Below are positions 11,301-23,800 of a stretch of 64,000 bases of DNA, piece after piece; within the stretch, counting starts at the first letter, position 1, and each line of letters opens with the position of its first letter. The translations under genes and the position numbers were made by a program. This DNA is from Aplysia californica (lineage: Eukaryota): positions 612,539-676,538 of the forward strand of contig NW_004797358.1 of the NCBI RefSeq assembly GCF_000002075.1. The letters are read 5' to 3'. The notes under the pieces were generated by a model that was not told the DNA's origin, did not search any database, and saw nothing but the letters and a program-made list of their open reading frames with translations.

Positions 11301-14300
11301 CAGCAGCTGAAAGTTGTAATGCAATCTCAGCACCTCATGTCAAATCCAGAACTATTATCCAATGTGCCTCCGACAAAGAAAAAAAAAATGATAGTGCAAT
11401 CAACTTTTCACTACTCCAGAACCGTGAACTTCCCACAAAAACAACAAAGTGAGTTTTGATATTTGACCATTTCTGGTGTATTTTATGTGAATTTGAAGAA
11501 CTGTGTAAGTTTTGTTAGATTGGAATTTTGATTAAAAAATCTACACCAACAAGGGCAATGGTAAAATATGAGCCATTTTTGGAACGCTATATATATTTAT
11601 AGTTATTTTATACAATTTTGTATCTTTCTCAGTGAGTGCAGAAGTTCCCCCTTGTTCCAAACGGGAAAAAATAAAATGACTACAAAGTCACAGATCGGCA
11701 TATTTTGCAAGTTTAATTGTCCTTAAAATGAAATGAACAACGCTGTCAGCGGGACATGCGGAATTCCCCTGGCCACGAGCTCATAACCCCGTGGCCGGGG
11801 TCAGATTAAAAGATGCGGTGCGCTGGCTGCCTGCAAACTAAAGTACCATTTCCTAACAGCAGTGGGTAGTGTGATTTTGGAGGCTTTGTTGGTTTGGATG
11901 AATATGACATTTGTCGTCTGCGAATAGTTCATTAAGGCTTTCTAGGCTTTGGTTTGGGTCTTGCATTACTGTGTCCATATGACTGATACAACGCATCACT
12001 GTCATACTCCAGATCTTACTTTGAACCAGACTGTATTGCCTTCCTTCATTCTTACTGAGCTTCTGCTGTTGGTGTATAGAGCTCTGACATTATCTAACAT
12101 TTGTCCTCTGACGCCATACTTTTCGAGTGTCTTCCAGAGTTTTGCATGGTTTACTCTGTCAACACCCTTCTCCTGGTCTATAAAGACGATGTTGGATTCT
12201 TTGTTGTGTTCAACTGTTTTCTCGCATAACTGTCTTTATACAAATACTGCATCCATGCATACTGCATCCTCTTCCCTTCTGGAATCCAAACTGAGTTTTG
12301 CTCAGATTTCTCTCTACAATAGGTCATATCCGCTGTTTAAGTATCTTTGCATATATTTTCCCTTCATGACTTAATAAAGAGATGCCTCTGTACTTTGTAC
12401 AGTCCCATTTGCTGCTTTTCTTTTTCCTTAATGGGACCACAATGGATTTCTGCCAGTCTTCTGGGCATTTCCTTTGCTCCCAGGCTCTATTGAAAATTCG
12501 CCTCAGCCACAGTGAGCCGGTGTTTCCACAAGCTCTTATGGCTTCCACTGTGATGTCATCTGGTCCTGGGGCTTTGTTCTTGGTGCTGGTTTTGAGTGCC
12601 TTTTCAATTTCACTGAGAAGCATGGATGGTTCTGTATGCTCTCGATATGATGGTTAGAACTCTTCTTGTTGTCCGTGGCAAGCGTCTGGGTTGAGTAGTT
12701 CTTGGACGTACTTTTCCCATCTTTTCTTTCTGACATGGTTGCTGAGAATGACATTACCCTCTTTATCGTTTACAATGCATGTCAGGTTGTATGTATCTTT
12801 CCTTACCCGCCTGCTGTTCACACTTTTATCAAACTCTCTAGGGTTTTCCTTGCAGATTTTGGCCAGTTTCTTGCCATGTATTTTCCATACATTTTCCCTA
12901 GCTGCTTTGATGATTCTTTTGGTCTCTCTTCTCGCTTTCCTGTATTCTGTATAGTCCTCTTCAGTCTTTGACTTCTGCCATTTCTTGAATATCTTCTTTT
13001 TAATTTTAATTCCTTCTTTGGTTTCATCATTCCTCCAGCATGTTGTTCTGCATTTGTTTCCACCTATTCGTTTGCTGCCACAACTGTTTTTAAGTATTTC
13101 TGACAGGGATTTAAAACATTTTTGTCCTTCGTCTTCTACATCTTTGGTCTCAGGTGACAGCTTATTGTACTCCTTCGTAATGTTGTCTTTGATTGCCTAC
13201 CTGATGTCTGGTTCTTCCATTTTTCTTAGGTTGGTCATGGTTTTTCCCCTTTTCTTCTTTGTTTGCTTTACATTGCTGGTTGTGAGAGTAAGTCTGATTT
13301 CATAGATTGTATCCATTTTGGCTAGGAGTATGATGAAAGCTACTCCATGTTTGGCTCTCTCATTTTCAGGTGTTTCGCTCCAGATCAGGAGGTAGCCTTT
13401 ATGGGTTAGCTTGCTGTGGTTGCCTCTCTTCCTTTTGTCTGACTAGCCCGTGATTGCTATTTTCTTTCTTTACATGAAATAATTATATTCTGGTTCTTTG
13501 TCTCCAAGTCCGCTGACAATCCATGTGCCTATTTTAATTATTTTTCCAGCTCGCTGTCTGTTTACTTTTCCTAGTCTTTTTCTGTTTAAATCAGTCTGTG
13601 TGTTCTGCGTTGATTGTTTCATAGCAGTAATTATCGGCCAACAGCTTGCTAGGCTAGTTACGGTTTCACCAGAGCTCCTTTAGCCAGCAACGTTTTGGGG
13701 TGACCCGGGTCGGCCTTCACGGCTGGCCTCAGTGACGTAAAATCACTCCATACTTTACCCAGACTCAGCTATTCCCTCCTTTGTCCTGTTTCCACCTCCC
13801 CCGATGGGGACGAAGGGTTGGACTTTGGGAAGGTGTTCATAAAAATAATGAAATCAATGAAACTGACATTTATTCTACATTTTGTTCTTTTTTGGGAGGG
13901 TCTCACCATCATTATTTATAAACAGATTTCTGTGTGGATATTACTGAAAAGCATTTAAAAAAGGAACAAAAATATAAATTTTCAGTTTCCAAGAACTCTC
14001 AACCGTTGAAAATCTCCAAATTTTAATACTGGCGGCCTTTTTCTCACTAATTTTTCCTCTTCTATGAAGTGAACCCCAGACCTGTCACTCATCCCTATTT
14101 AACTGAGATATTCCAATTTTTTTCCTCAAATCTCAAGCATCCTGATTTTCCTGATTTTGATCACATGTATCCTGATTCCTTTGTTCCGTCTGTTGCCATG
14201 GATTTTATTTAAAAAACAGGCTCTGCCTTCATCTCTGTCGCAGGAAGCACCCATTGAATTTTTTGTCAGCAGTAACTCTGAACACCATTTTCTGAAATAT

Positions 14301-17300
14301 CTATGCCAGATTTAGTAGTTGATTCGCTGCATGTAGTGTTGGATCTTTGCTCGTACATGTTATTTCAACTGTAACTAAAGTAGTATTGATTTGGCATTCC
14401 AATTTAGGATACTCTCAAGATCTACTTTTGCTTATGTTTCCACTTAGAAATCTTTGATGATGGCCTGATAACTGTTACATTTGTGACATACAAATGATAG
14501 AAATTATTTTTCTTTCTACTGTTGCTTTAAAAAAAAAGCTCGGTCCGAGTTCTGGTTAGTCAGGCCTATCATCAAGACCTGTTAGTAAAACTTTTTCAAT
14601 CATGAGTTCACATCACATCACATGACTTCGGCATGTGAGTTGCATTTGTTAAGTTCATTCGCAATAGTTGAATATCTTTCCAGCTGATTTTTGGGGGGAG
14701 GAGGGGTTAGATACATTGACTAGGAGTGCTTGATGTGATATAGGTCTACTACAGTATTTTTTTTTAATGNNNNNNNNNNNNNNNNNNNNNNNNNNNNNNN
14801 NNNNNNNNNNNNNNNNNNNNNNNNNNNNNNNNNNNNNNNNNNNNNNNNNNNNNNNNNNNNNNNNNNNNNNNNNNNNNNNNNNNNNNNNNNNNNNNNNNNN
14901 NNNTTTGAAGTCAGTGTGGAAGTCACCCTGATAATTTGTCCTTGATCCTGATTTTTTTTCACCAGATCCCGATTTTTTCCTCCTGAGATCCTGATTTTTA
15001 TATTTTTTAGATCGGCAGGCCTGGGCGAACTCACCTCTTTCAATGGCATATAATATCTCTATTTTTACTCAAGATACAATTAAAAACAAGACAAATGAAC
15101 GAGCTTGAAGATGGTATCAACAACTCCATATGCCTCAAAACTGATGAGCTTTTGATTCCACCACATTTTGACAGATATGCTTGTTTTCTTATACCTCAAA
15201 AGTGCGTTCTAAGTGTAATTATGAAAACTTTTTTGTGTGTAAAGTAGAACTGTGGAGGATTTCAATGTTGATGAATTTGCAATGCCTGGAACAAAACTTT
15301 TATTTCTCAGCGGTCAGTTGGTGTGATGTCGTGGAGACTGTGAGTGTGCCAGGTCATTGTGGGAAAGAGTTCACCTGTACAGAGAAGACCGTGTTCAAGA
15401 ATTGTAGCGGAGGTTTGTGCTTTTCCCTTGTAGGTAGCCATGTTTTAAATGGTGGTGAAAGACTGACAGCAATAAGTGTCATTTAGAAAAGTGTCACTTC
15501 AGCTTACCTTCACCATGCTTTGTTTTCATTGGGGATCAAAGCCAGGATATCAGAAATGGCCAGTACAAAGAAACCAGACAAAACCTGAGTATTTGAAGCT
15601 GGAAAGGCGATACTCTGATTATTTCCACTCAAGTAATGTTCTCTAAACCTTATGTTTTTGTTTTGGTGTAGAGTATCATTTGATCTTGCTTGTAATCTCT
15701 ATGTGAGAAGTGCTGGGAGTGAAACAAAAAAGATCATGTAGGATACACAAAGATTAGAAGAGTAGAGAAAATACATATTGGAAGTGGCAACTGTCCAGCT
15801 TTCCCAACAACATAAAAGGGAAATAGCGCCATCAGTACAAATACAATGCTGGAGTAAGTAATTTTCATAAAGATGTCACCAGGCAATTATGTCCTGTGTA
15901 TGACTGGTTGTAAATGTTTGTCAGTGCCATCCACACAGATCAGATGATATGGGTGATTGATCCTGTGAGTGAGAGAGTGAAAATGTTTAAATATTGACTC
16001 CATGTTCTCATTTTTTTCTTTCATGAATCGTTTGTGCATAAGAGTTAAGAGAACTTTCATCTACTTTAATGATATATATTTTGTTTTTTCTCTTTCTCAT
16101 AGCTTGGAAAACCTCAAGTGAGTATTTGGCAGCTGACATTGCAAACATGTTTGTCTTCATTTGTGGTGTGTCTGTGCTATAATTGAAAAAAAAAAGCAAG
16201 ATGTGTTCATGTGATGATGTTTAGTATATATTCAGTTACAGCATTACACAAGATGTTCAAATCAATTGAGATACACAAATTCTAACGTCTATCTTGTTTA
16301 TGTTATATTGCTATTGATAACAAGGCGAGATAATTTAAAAAGTGTATGAATCCAACATTATAGAATATTGTTGCTGGTGGATGTTGCGACATGACTGGAG
16401 TTTTCCAACTTTGATTCACAGTGTTCCTGAGGTTTGAGATAGACAAAGACTTTGATGCCAGTGACAGCTGGGCTGTAGAGGTGGCTGTGAGAGCCAACGT
16501 TTCGGAGCTTCTTGAATCTTTGAACTCAGAGTACCACGTTGCGGTTATCCATGTGCTGTAAGTCTGGGAAAAAAGATTAATCCAGATGACTGTGCCTTAT
16601 TTTTGTGTGTTTAATGTGAGCCTGGTAAAGAGAAGTCTGATTGTCAGAGGGTTCTGTGGAAAAACAGAGAGCAAGAAAAATTCAAGGAGGAGGTTGGAGC
16701 AGGAGATGAGAGACTGGTTGAGAAAAGAGAGGATACTGGGAGACTCATAAGATACATGGCACATCCACTGAGATTCTATAGCGGACTTTGATTTGCTGTA
16801 TTTCTTTACTAAATGAACTGGTTTGTTCCTTTCTTGTAGCAATGATCTCCAGTATAGTTAGCTTGAGAGAGTCTCACTTCTCTCTTGATAATTTTTGGGC
16901 AGATGTTTGATAAGATGAAAGTGGACCAGGTAATATATATACACTCATTCGCTACGCCGAGCCGTGGGCAGCGGCACGGCGAAAATGTCTTCCGTACGCC
17001 AAGCCGCCCCCGACGGCTCAAGCACCGACCTGTAATTCCAGCTTAGATTTTATTCCAATCCTCGTATCCATGTTAAAATAAAGGTTATAATATGACATTG
17101 ACTCGTAGGTCAAGCGTTTCCTCCCTAAATCGGAAGTTTAGATTCAGTTTTGAAACGCGATTTCGTAGTTTATTCGACTTTGTTTTTTCGATGCTGAAAT
17201 TATAGCCCAGACACCAGTCATAGTACTTTTGCACTACAAAATGTATCATTATTTTGCTCAATAAAGAAATGTAGGACTCTTCTTTATAATATTGATACTA

Positions 17301-17747
17301 CTACACTCAAACTGCTAATGCACTGTTATTATTTTTGAGTGCTAGATCTAGGTCTAGATCTAAATTGTCAAAATATTTTTTTCTTCCCAAAATCACTACT
17401 TTTTGGTGAAATTCCACAAAAAAGTGCCTCTCAAGACATGTATAGGTTTATTCCAAATGCAATTCTGAATAATTCCATAAGATACGAGTGTTTTTTTCTG
17501 TTTGTGATCCTTTTATCAAGATTATAAAAAAAAAAAAAATTTTCAATATCGGATGTTATGATCCAAATGTACAAATATTATGGAATGTATGTAAATAACT
17601 GCAAATTTTTCAATACTNNNNNNNNNNNNNNNNNNNNNNNNNNNNNNNNNNNNNNNNNNNNNNNNNNNNNNNNNNNNNNNNNNNNNNNNNNNNNNNNNNN
17701 NNNNNNNNNNNNNNNNNCACACACACATACATACACACACACACTCA

Positions 17748-17801
<54 letters not shown>

Positions 17802-20800
17802 TATATTTATGGCCACCCCTGGAACATTTTGAAGTCAGTGTGGAAGTCACCCTGATAATTTGTCCTTGATCCTGATTTTTTTTCACCAGATCCCGATTTT
17901 TTCCTCCTGAGATCCTGATTTTTATATTTTTTAGATCGGCAGGCCTGGGCGAACTCACCTCTTTCAATGGCATATAATATCTCTATTTTTACTCAAGATA
18001 CAATTAAAAACAAGACAAATGAACGAGCTTGAAGATGGTATCAACAACTCCATATGCCTCAAAACTGATGAGCTTTTGATTCCACCACATTTTGACAGAT
18101 ATGCTTGTTTTCTTATACCTCAAAAGTGCGTTCTAAGTGTAATTATGAAAACTTTTTTGTGTGTAAAGTAGAACTGTGGAGGATTTCAATGTTGATGAAT
18201 TTGCAATGCCTGGAACAAAACTTTTATTTCTCAGCGGTCAGTTGGTGTGATGTCGTGGAGACTGTGAGTGTGCCAGGTCATTGTGGGAAAGAGTTCACCT
18301 GTACAGAGAAGACCGTGTTCAAGAATTGTAGCGGAGGTTTGTGCTTTTCCCTTGTAGGTAGCCATGTTTTAAATGGTGGTGAAAGACTGACAGCAATAAG
18401 TGTCATTTAGAAAAGTGTCACTTCAGCTTACCTTCACCATGCTTTGTTTTCATTGGGGATCAAAGCCAGGATATCAGAAATGGCCAGTACAAAGAAACCA
18501 GACAAAACCTGAGTATTTGAAGCTGGAAAGGCGATACTCTGATTATTTCCACTCAAGTAATGTTCTCTAAACCTTATGTTTTTGTTTTGGTGTAGAGTAT
18601 CATTTGATCTTGCTTGTAATCTCTATGTGAGAAGTGCTGGGAGTGAAACAAAAAAGATCATGTAGGATACACAAAGATTAGAAGAGTAGAGAAAATACAT
18701 ATTGGAAGTGGCAACTGTCCAGCTTTCCCAACAACATAAAAGGGAAATAGCGCCATCAGTACAAATACAATGCTGGAGTAAGTAATTTTCATAAAGATGT
18801 CACCAGGCAATTATGTCCTGTGTATGACTGGTTGTAAATGTTTGTCAGTGCCATCCACACAGATCAGATGATATGGGTGATTGATCCTGTGAGTGAGAGA
18901 GTGAAAATGTTTAAATATTGACTCCATGTTCTCATTTTTTTCTTTCATGAATCGTTTGTGCATAAGAGTTAAGAGAACTTTCATCTACTTTAATGATATA
19001 TATTTTGTTTTTTCTCTTTCTCATAGCTTGGAAAACCTCAAGTGAGTATTTGGCAGCTGACATTGCAAACATGTTTGTCTTCATTTGTGGTGTGTCTGTG
19101 CTATAATTGAAAAAAAAAAGCAAGATGTGTTCATGTGATGATGTTTAGTATATATTCAGTTACAGCATTACACAAGATGTTCAAATCAATTGAGATACAC
19201 AAATTCTAACGTCTATCTTGTTTATGTTATATTGCTATTGATAACAAGGCGAGATAATTTAAAAAGTGTATGAATCCAACATTATAGAATATTGTTGCTG
19301 GTGGATGTTGCGACATGACTGGAGTTTTCCAACTTTGATTCACAGTGTTCCTGAGGTTTGAGATAGACAAAGACTTTGATGCCAGTGACAGCTGGGCTGT
19401 AGAGGTGGCTGTGAGAGCCAACGTTTCGGAGCTTCTTGAATCTTTGAACTCAGAGTACCACGTTGCGGTTATCCATGTGCTGTAAGTCTGGGAAAAAAGA
19501 TTAATCCAGATGACTGTGCCTTATTTTTGTGTGTTTAATGTGAGCCTGGTAAAGAGAAGTCTGATTGTCAGAGGGTTCTGTGGAAAAACAGAGAGCAAGA
19601 AAAATTCAAGGAGGAGGTTGGAGCAGGAGATGAGAGACTGGTTGAGAAAAGAGAGGATACTGGGAGACTCATAAGATACATGGCACATCCACTGAGATTC
19701 TATAGCGGACTTTGATTTGCTGTATTTCTTTACTAAATGAACTGGTTTGTTCCTTTCTTGTAGCAATGATCTCCAGTATAGTTAGCTTGAGAGAGTCTCA
19801 CTTCTCTCTTGATAATTTTTGGGCAGATGTTTGATAAGATGAAAGTGGACCAGGTAATATATATACACTCATTCGCTACGCCGAGCCGTGGGCAGCGGCA
19901 CGGCGAAAATGTCTTCCGTACGCCAAGCCGCCCCCGACGGCTCAAGCACCGACCTGTAATTCCAGCTTAGATTTTATTCCAATCCTCGTATCCATGTTAA
20001 AATAAAGGTTATAATATGACATTGACTCGTAGGTCAAGCGTTTCCTCCCTAAATCGGAAGTTTAGATTCAGTTTTGAAACGCGATTTCGTAGTTTATTCG
20101 ACTTTGTTTTTTCGATGCTGAAATTATAGCCCAGACACCAGTCATAGTACTTTTGCACTACAAAATGTATCATTATTTTGCTCAATAAAGAAATGTAGGA
20201 CTCTTCTTTATAATATTGATACTACTACACTCAAACTGCTAATGCACTGTTATTATTTTTGAGTGCTAGATCTAGGTCTAGATCTAAATTGTCAAAATAT
20301 TTTTTTCTTCCCAAAATCACTACTTTTTGGTGAAATTCCACAAAAAAGTGCCTCTCAAGACATGTATAGGTTTATTCCAAATGCAATTCTGAATAATTCC
20401 ATAAGATACGAGTGTTTTTTTCTGTTTGTGATCCTTTTATCAAGATTATAAAAAAAAAAAAAATTTTCAATATCGGATGTTATGATCCAAATGTACAAAT
20501 ATTATGGAATGTATGTAAATAACTGCAAATTTTTCAATACTTTCCAGTTCTATATTCATTTATGGTTAATTTGATGTATCCTTTGACTAGGTGAAAACAT
20601 ATTTTTTGAGTTTCACCAAAGATTACTCATTTTCTATATTCAAATTTTATCCGCATCCAATCAAAATTGTGTTGCATAATCGCCTCTTACAGGAACCAAA
20701 GTTGAAGAATACACAAATTAACATTACAGATGTGTTTGACAAACCATAGTGAACATTTTGGTATATAATATGTTATTTATTTGAATTTGTGGCCCAAAAG

Positions 20801-23800
20801 ACCTTTGAACTGCGCAGTAGTCATCATCTCATTTCGCCCTCCCGAAAAAAATTCGTCCACAAACCGTTAATAATACGTAGTGAATGAGTTAAGATGCTGG
20901 GTGTAGATGTAAAAGTGTGCTGGGTTTATATTTTACTGTTTGACATTTGTGAAAATGATTGAGAGTTGATAATAAAAAGGCGCTTGCGTTTTGTTCGTGT
21001 TTACCAAATATTGATCTTGAAAGTTATTGTGAGCATGACACGCACTATGTTTGTGATTGGCCTCCTACAGACCAGGGAGCACTGTGGTCATCATTCGGGT
21101 GGATACAGACGCTGACTGGGTGCAGTATCTGCTAGAGAGATATATCTATGAGTCGTTCCTGAAGCAGCCAGGTTCTATCTCAGTGGATGACACAGCGTAC
21201 TCGGTTGTGTCTGTGAAGATGTATGAAAATGAAAACGATGCTGTGATGGACCAGGGAGCATTGGGTAAGTTTGTGGACATAGTTTTCTGATGAGACTGAA
21301 ATGAAATGGGCTTGTTAAGAACATAGCTATGGTATGAATCAAAGTTACATATTGAAGCCAAAAAATTATAAAAATGGACTAAGATAACACTTTTGGGTAG
21401 ACTGAAGTTGAGATTCTGTCCTACTGAGTTTCCTCAACCCACAGAGCAAGTGGTTTTGACATGGAAGGCATTTTCCAGGCAATTGTATTGCCCATTAGAC
21501 AACCATGACAGTTTTCACTGGTAAAAGACAAAGAGAAGTCATCTTGGGGATTTCGAAATTACAATGATGAATTTGTGACTTTTCTGGGATTTTCAGGCTC
21601 ATCCTTGAAGATAACTGTGCGAGTAGCTAATAAAAAAGTTGACAGTACATGTAACACAGAGTAATTGTCAACTGCCTTTCTGTTCCAGAACTACACAGTA
21701 TTTGCTACATGGGTTTTGAATGTCCAGAAGGTTCCAGGTGTGTGGCTACTAACTCTATTCCCATATGTGAAGGTAAGAGAAAAGGGTAAACTTGATCACT
21801 TATTTCATCTTTAATTCATTAATGCATTTGTACATGGATTCATCTCAGCATATTTCTACCAAGTGTAGCTGTCTGAAAAGTGCCGTCAGTGTCCATTTTA
21901 TGCTTCCCTATTTAAATAATGCCTTTCTTTCCATTTTTTGTTAATTTTTACATGTACTTCTCGTATTCTCCATTTTACTTTATCTTTTCATCATAATACC
22001 TGGGATATTTGGTGAAGAAATGATAGAACAGAAATGTTTTCATCTCCCTTAATCTTTTAGAGGAAAGAAGTCAATTTGTACCCCATTATTTACAAAGCAT
22101 AGACTTTTTCAACCCCTAGTCCCCCAATCTCCTTAATTGTAAAAATTTAACTGACAATGTTAAAAAAGGGTCCCAAAAGAACCTTGAAAAGTGAAATGTT
22201 TGTAGATGTGCAATAATTGTTGATGAAAGCCATGACTTTGCTGAATGCCTGTTTCCTCAGTCCCATGTGACTATGGAGAGTTCCGTGAGAGGGATGCAGG
22301 CTGTGAGATGTGTCCTAACGGAACCACGACACTGGTCCCAGAAGCAATATCCCAACACATGTGTGTCCGTGAGTAATTGTCCGTGTACACTTGTGGTTTT
22401 GTTGTTGAAGTGGAAAGTTCTGCTGGATTCAGACTCAGCTGCCAGATACGTGTACATTTATTTATGCTTCTTTGTGCTCCCCTCTCACGGTTTGGCTTTT
22501 GCCTGGCAATATAGGAAAATAGTGCTAATTAATGTGTCAGGATGTGGTGGAATCAAATGCTCTTCAATTTTGGGACATATGTAGTTATTGGTATCATCTT
22601 AGAACTTGTCCATTTGTCTTTTTTTTCATGAAAAATGTTACCAGCCAAAATTTTGTGACTTTCTTAGATTTAGAGTCCTTGGAAACTGAAAATTTATAAC
22701 TTTTGTGCCTTTAATGAATGTCTTTCAGTAAAACCCACACAGAAGTGTGTTTTGAAATGGACATGAAAGGTTTTGAGCCAAAACGAACAAAAATTCAAAA
22801 GAATTGCCAAACTAGTGTAAAAATGCCAGTATCTTCAATTTCGTTATTTTTTTGGAGTGCCTGATTGCAACATGATGCCTCAAATGCTAAGTTGCTCCTG
22901 ACATAGTAAGCCGGAAGAAAATTGGGGGGGGGGGGGTTTGCTGTGCAAGACTGGATGGAATGATATGTGCTGTTTGGAAGAAGAGGCGCGAATAAGCCTG
23001 ATTGTTTTCATGTCATGTGTCCTCAGGCAACTGTTCATCGGCCCAGGTGTTGAGTCTGGAAACTTTAGAGTGTCAAGATTGCCCGGATGGTTTCTACCCA
23101 GACTCTGATCCTCCTGTGTGCTATGTCAACTCCAGTAAGTTCCAAGGCAGTTAATGTTTTCTGAGACTAGGGGAATAGACAAAGTAGCCATGACAGTTGT
23201 GTAGAACCTGTGTTCCTGTCTTTGGGATTGCATGGATAGCATTCCTCCCCATAGTGCTAGTGCATAGCTGGCTTTATTTCTTCCTCTTCAATAGTACAAT
23301 ACAATTCCTAATCAACATTGAACCTTTTGCCTAATGTAGGAAAGTGGGGTTGTTGTTTTTTGTAAAATCTGCTTTTGACAATGTTTTAGTTTGGATGTGC
23401 GAATGATGATAATGAAAATTTTGGATGAACTGACTTGATGGCTGAATGCTTTCTTTGCTCTGACAGCGCTACCTGTGGAGAATCGCAGGATGGACATCCA
23501 CCTGACAGTAACACTTGTGACCAACAGATGTGATGAAGAAAACACAAACTTCAGCAAAGCCAATGTCACTCGTGGGCTCAAGGACATGGCCAGAGGACTG
23601 ATCTCTGCAAGATTTTACACAGCACAGGATTTGTCAAGAACTGTGTACCTGTGAGTTTCCAGATTTATTTAATTAAGAGAAGTAATTTTTCTAGTCTTGT
23701 TCTGTTTTTGGCAAGTTTGGTGTGGTGTGTTAGAAATAAGTGTGCAGGACATCTTATTTCTTTGTATTGTTTTTGTGATTGATTGCTGATAAAAGCTGTT

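Larger units (their letters stand above)
14904..20541 (+). repeat. Identical 2,714-bp direct duplication (14904-17617 = 17828-20541), probable assembly artefact
   Basis: Identical ORF-track translations at offset 2924; first copy bounded by N-gaps on both sides. Confidence 0.85.

Noticed and set aside
9901-11864. Calling the element ProtoRAG/RAG-like or Transib
   Set aside because: The TSD is 4 bp rather than 5 bp and no RAG2-like gene is visible; the features fit Chapaev better.
15311-19481. Dscam-like mutually exclusive exon cluster
   Set aside because: The copies and their introns are identical and gap-bounded, so an artefact is more likely.
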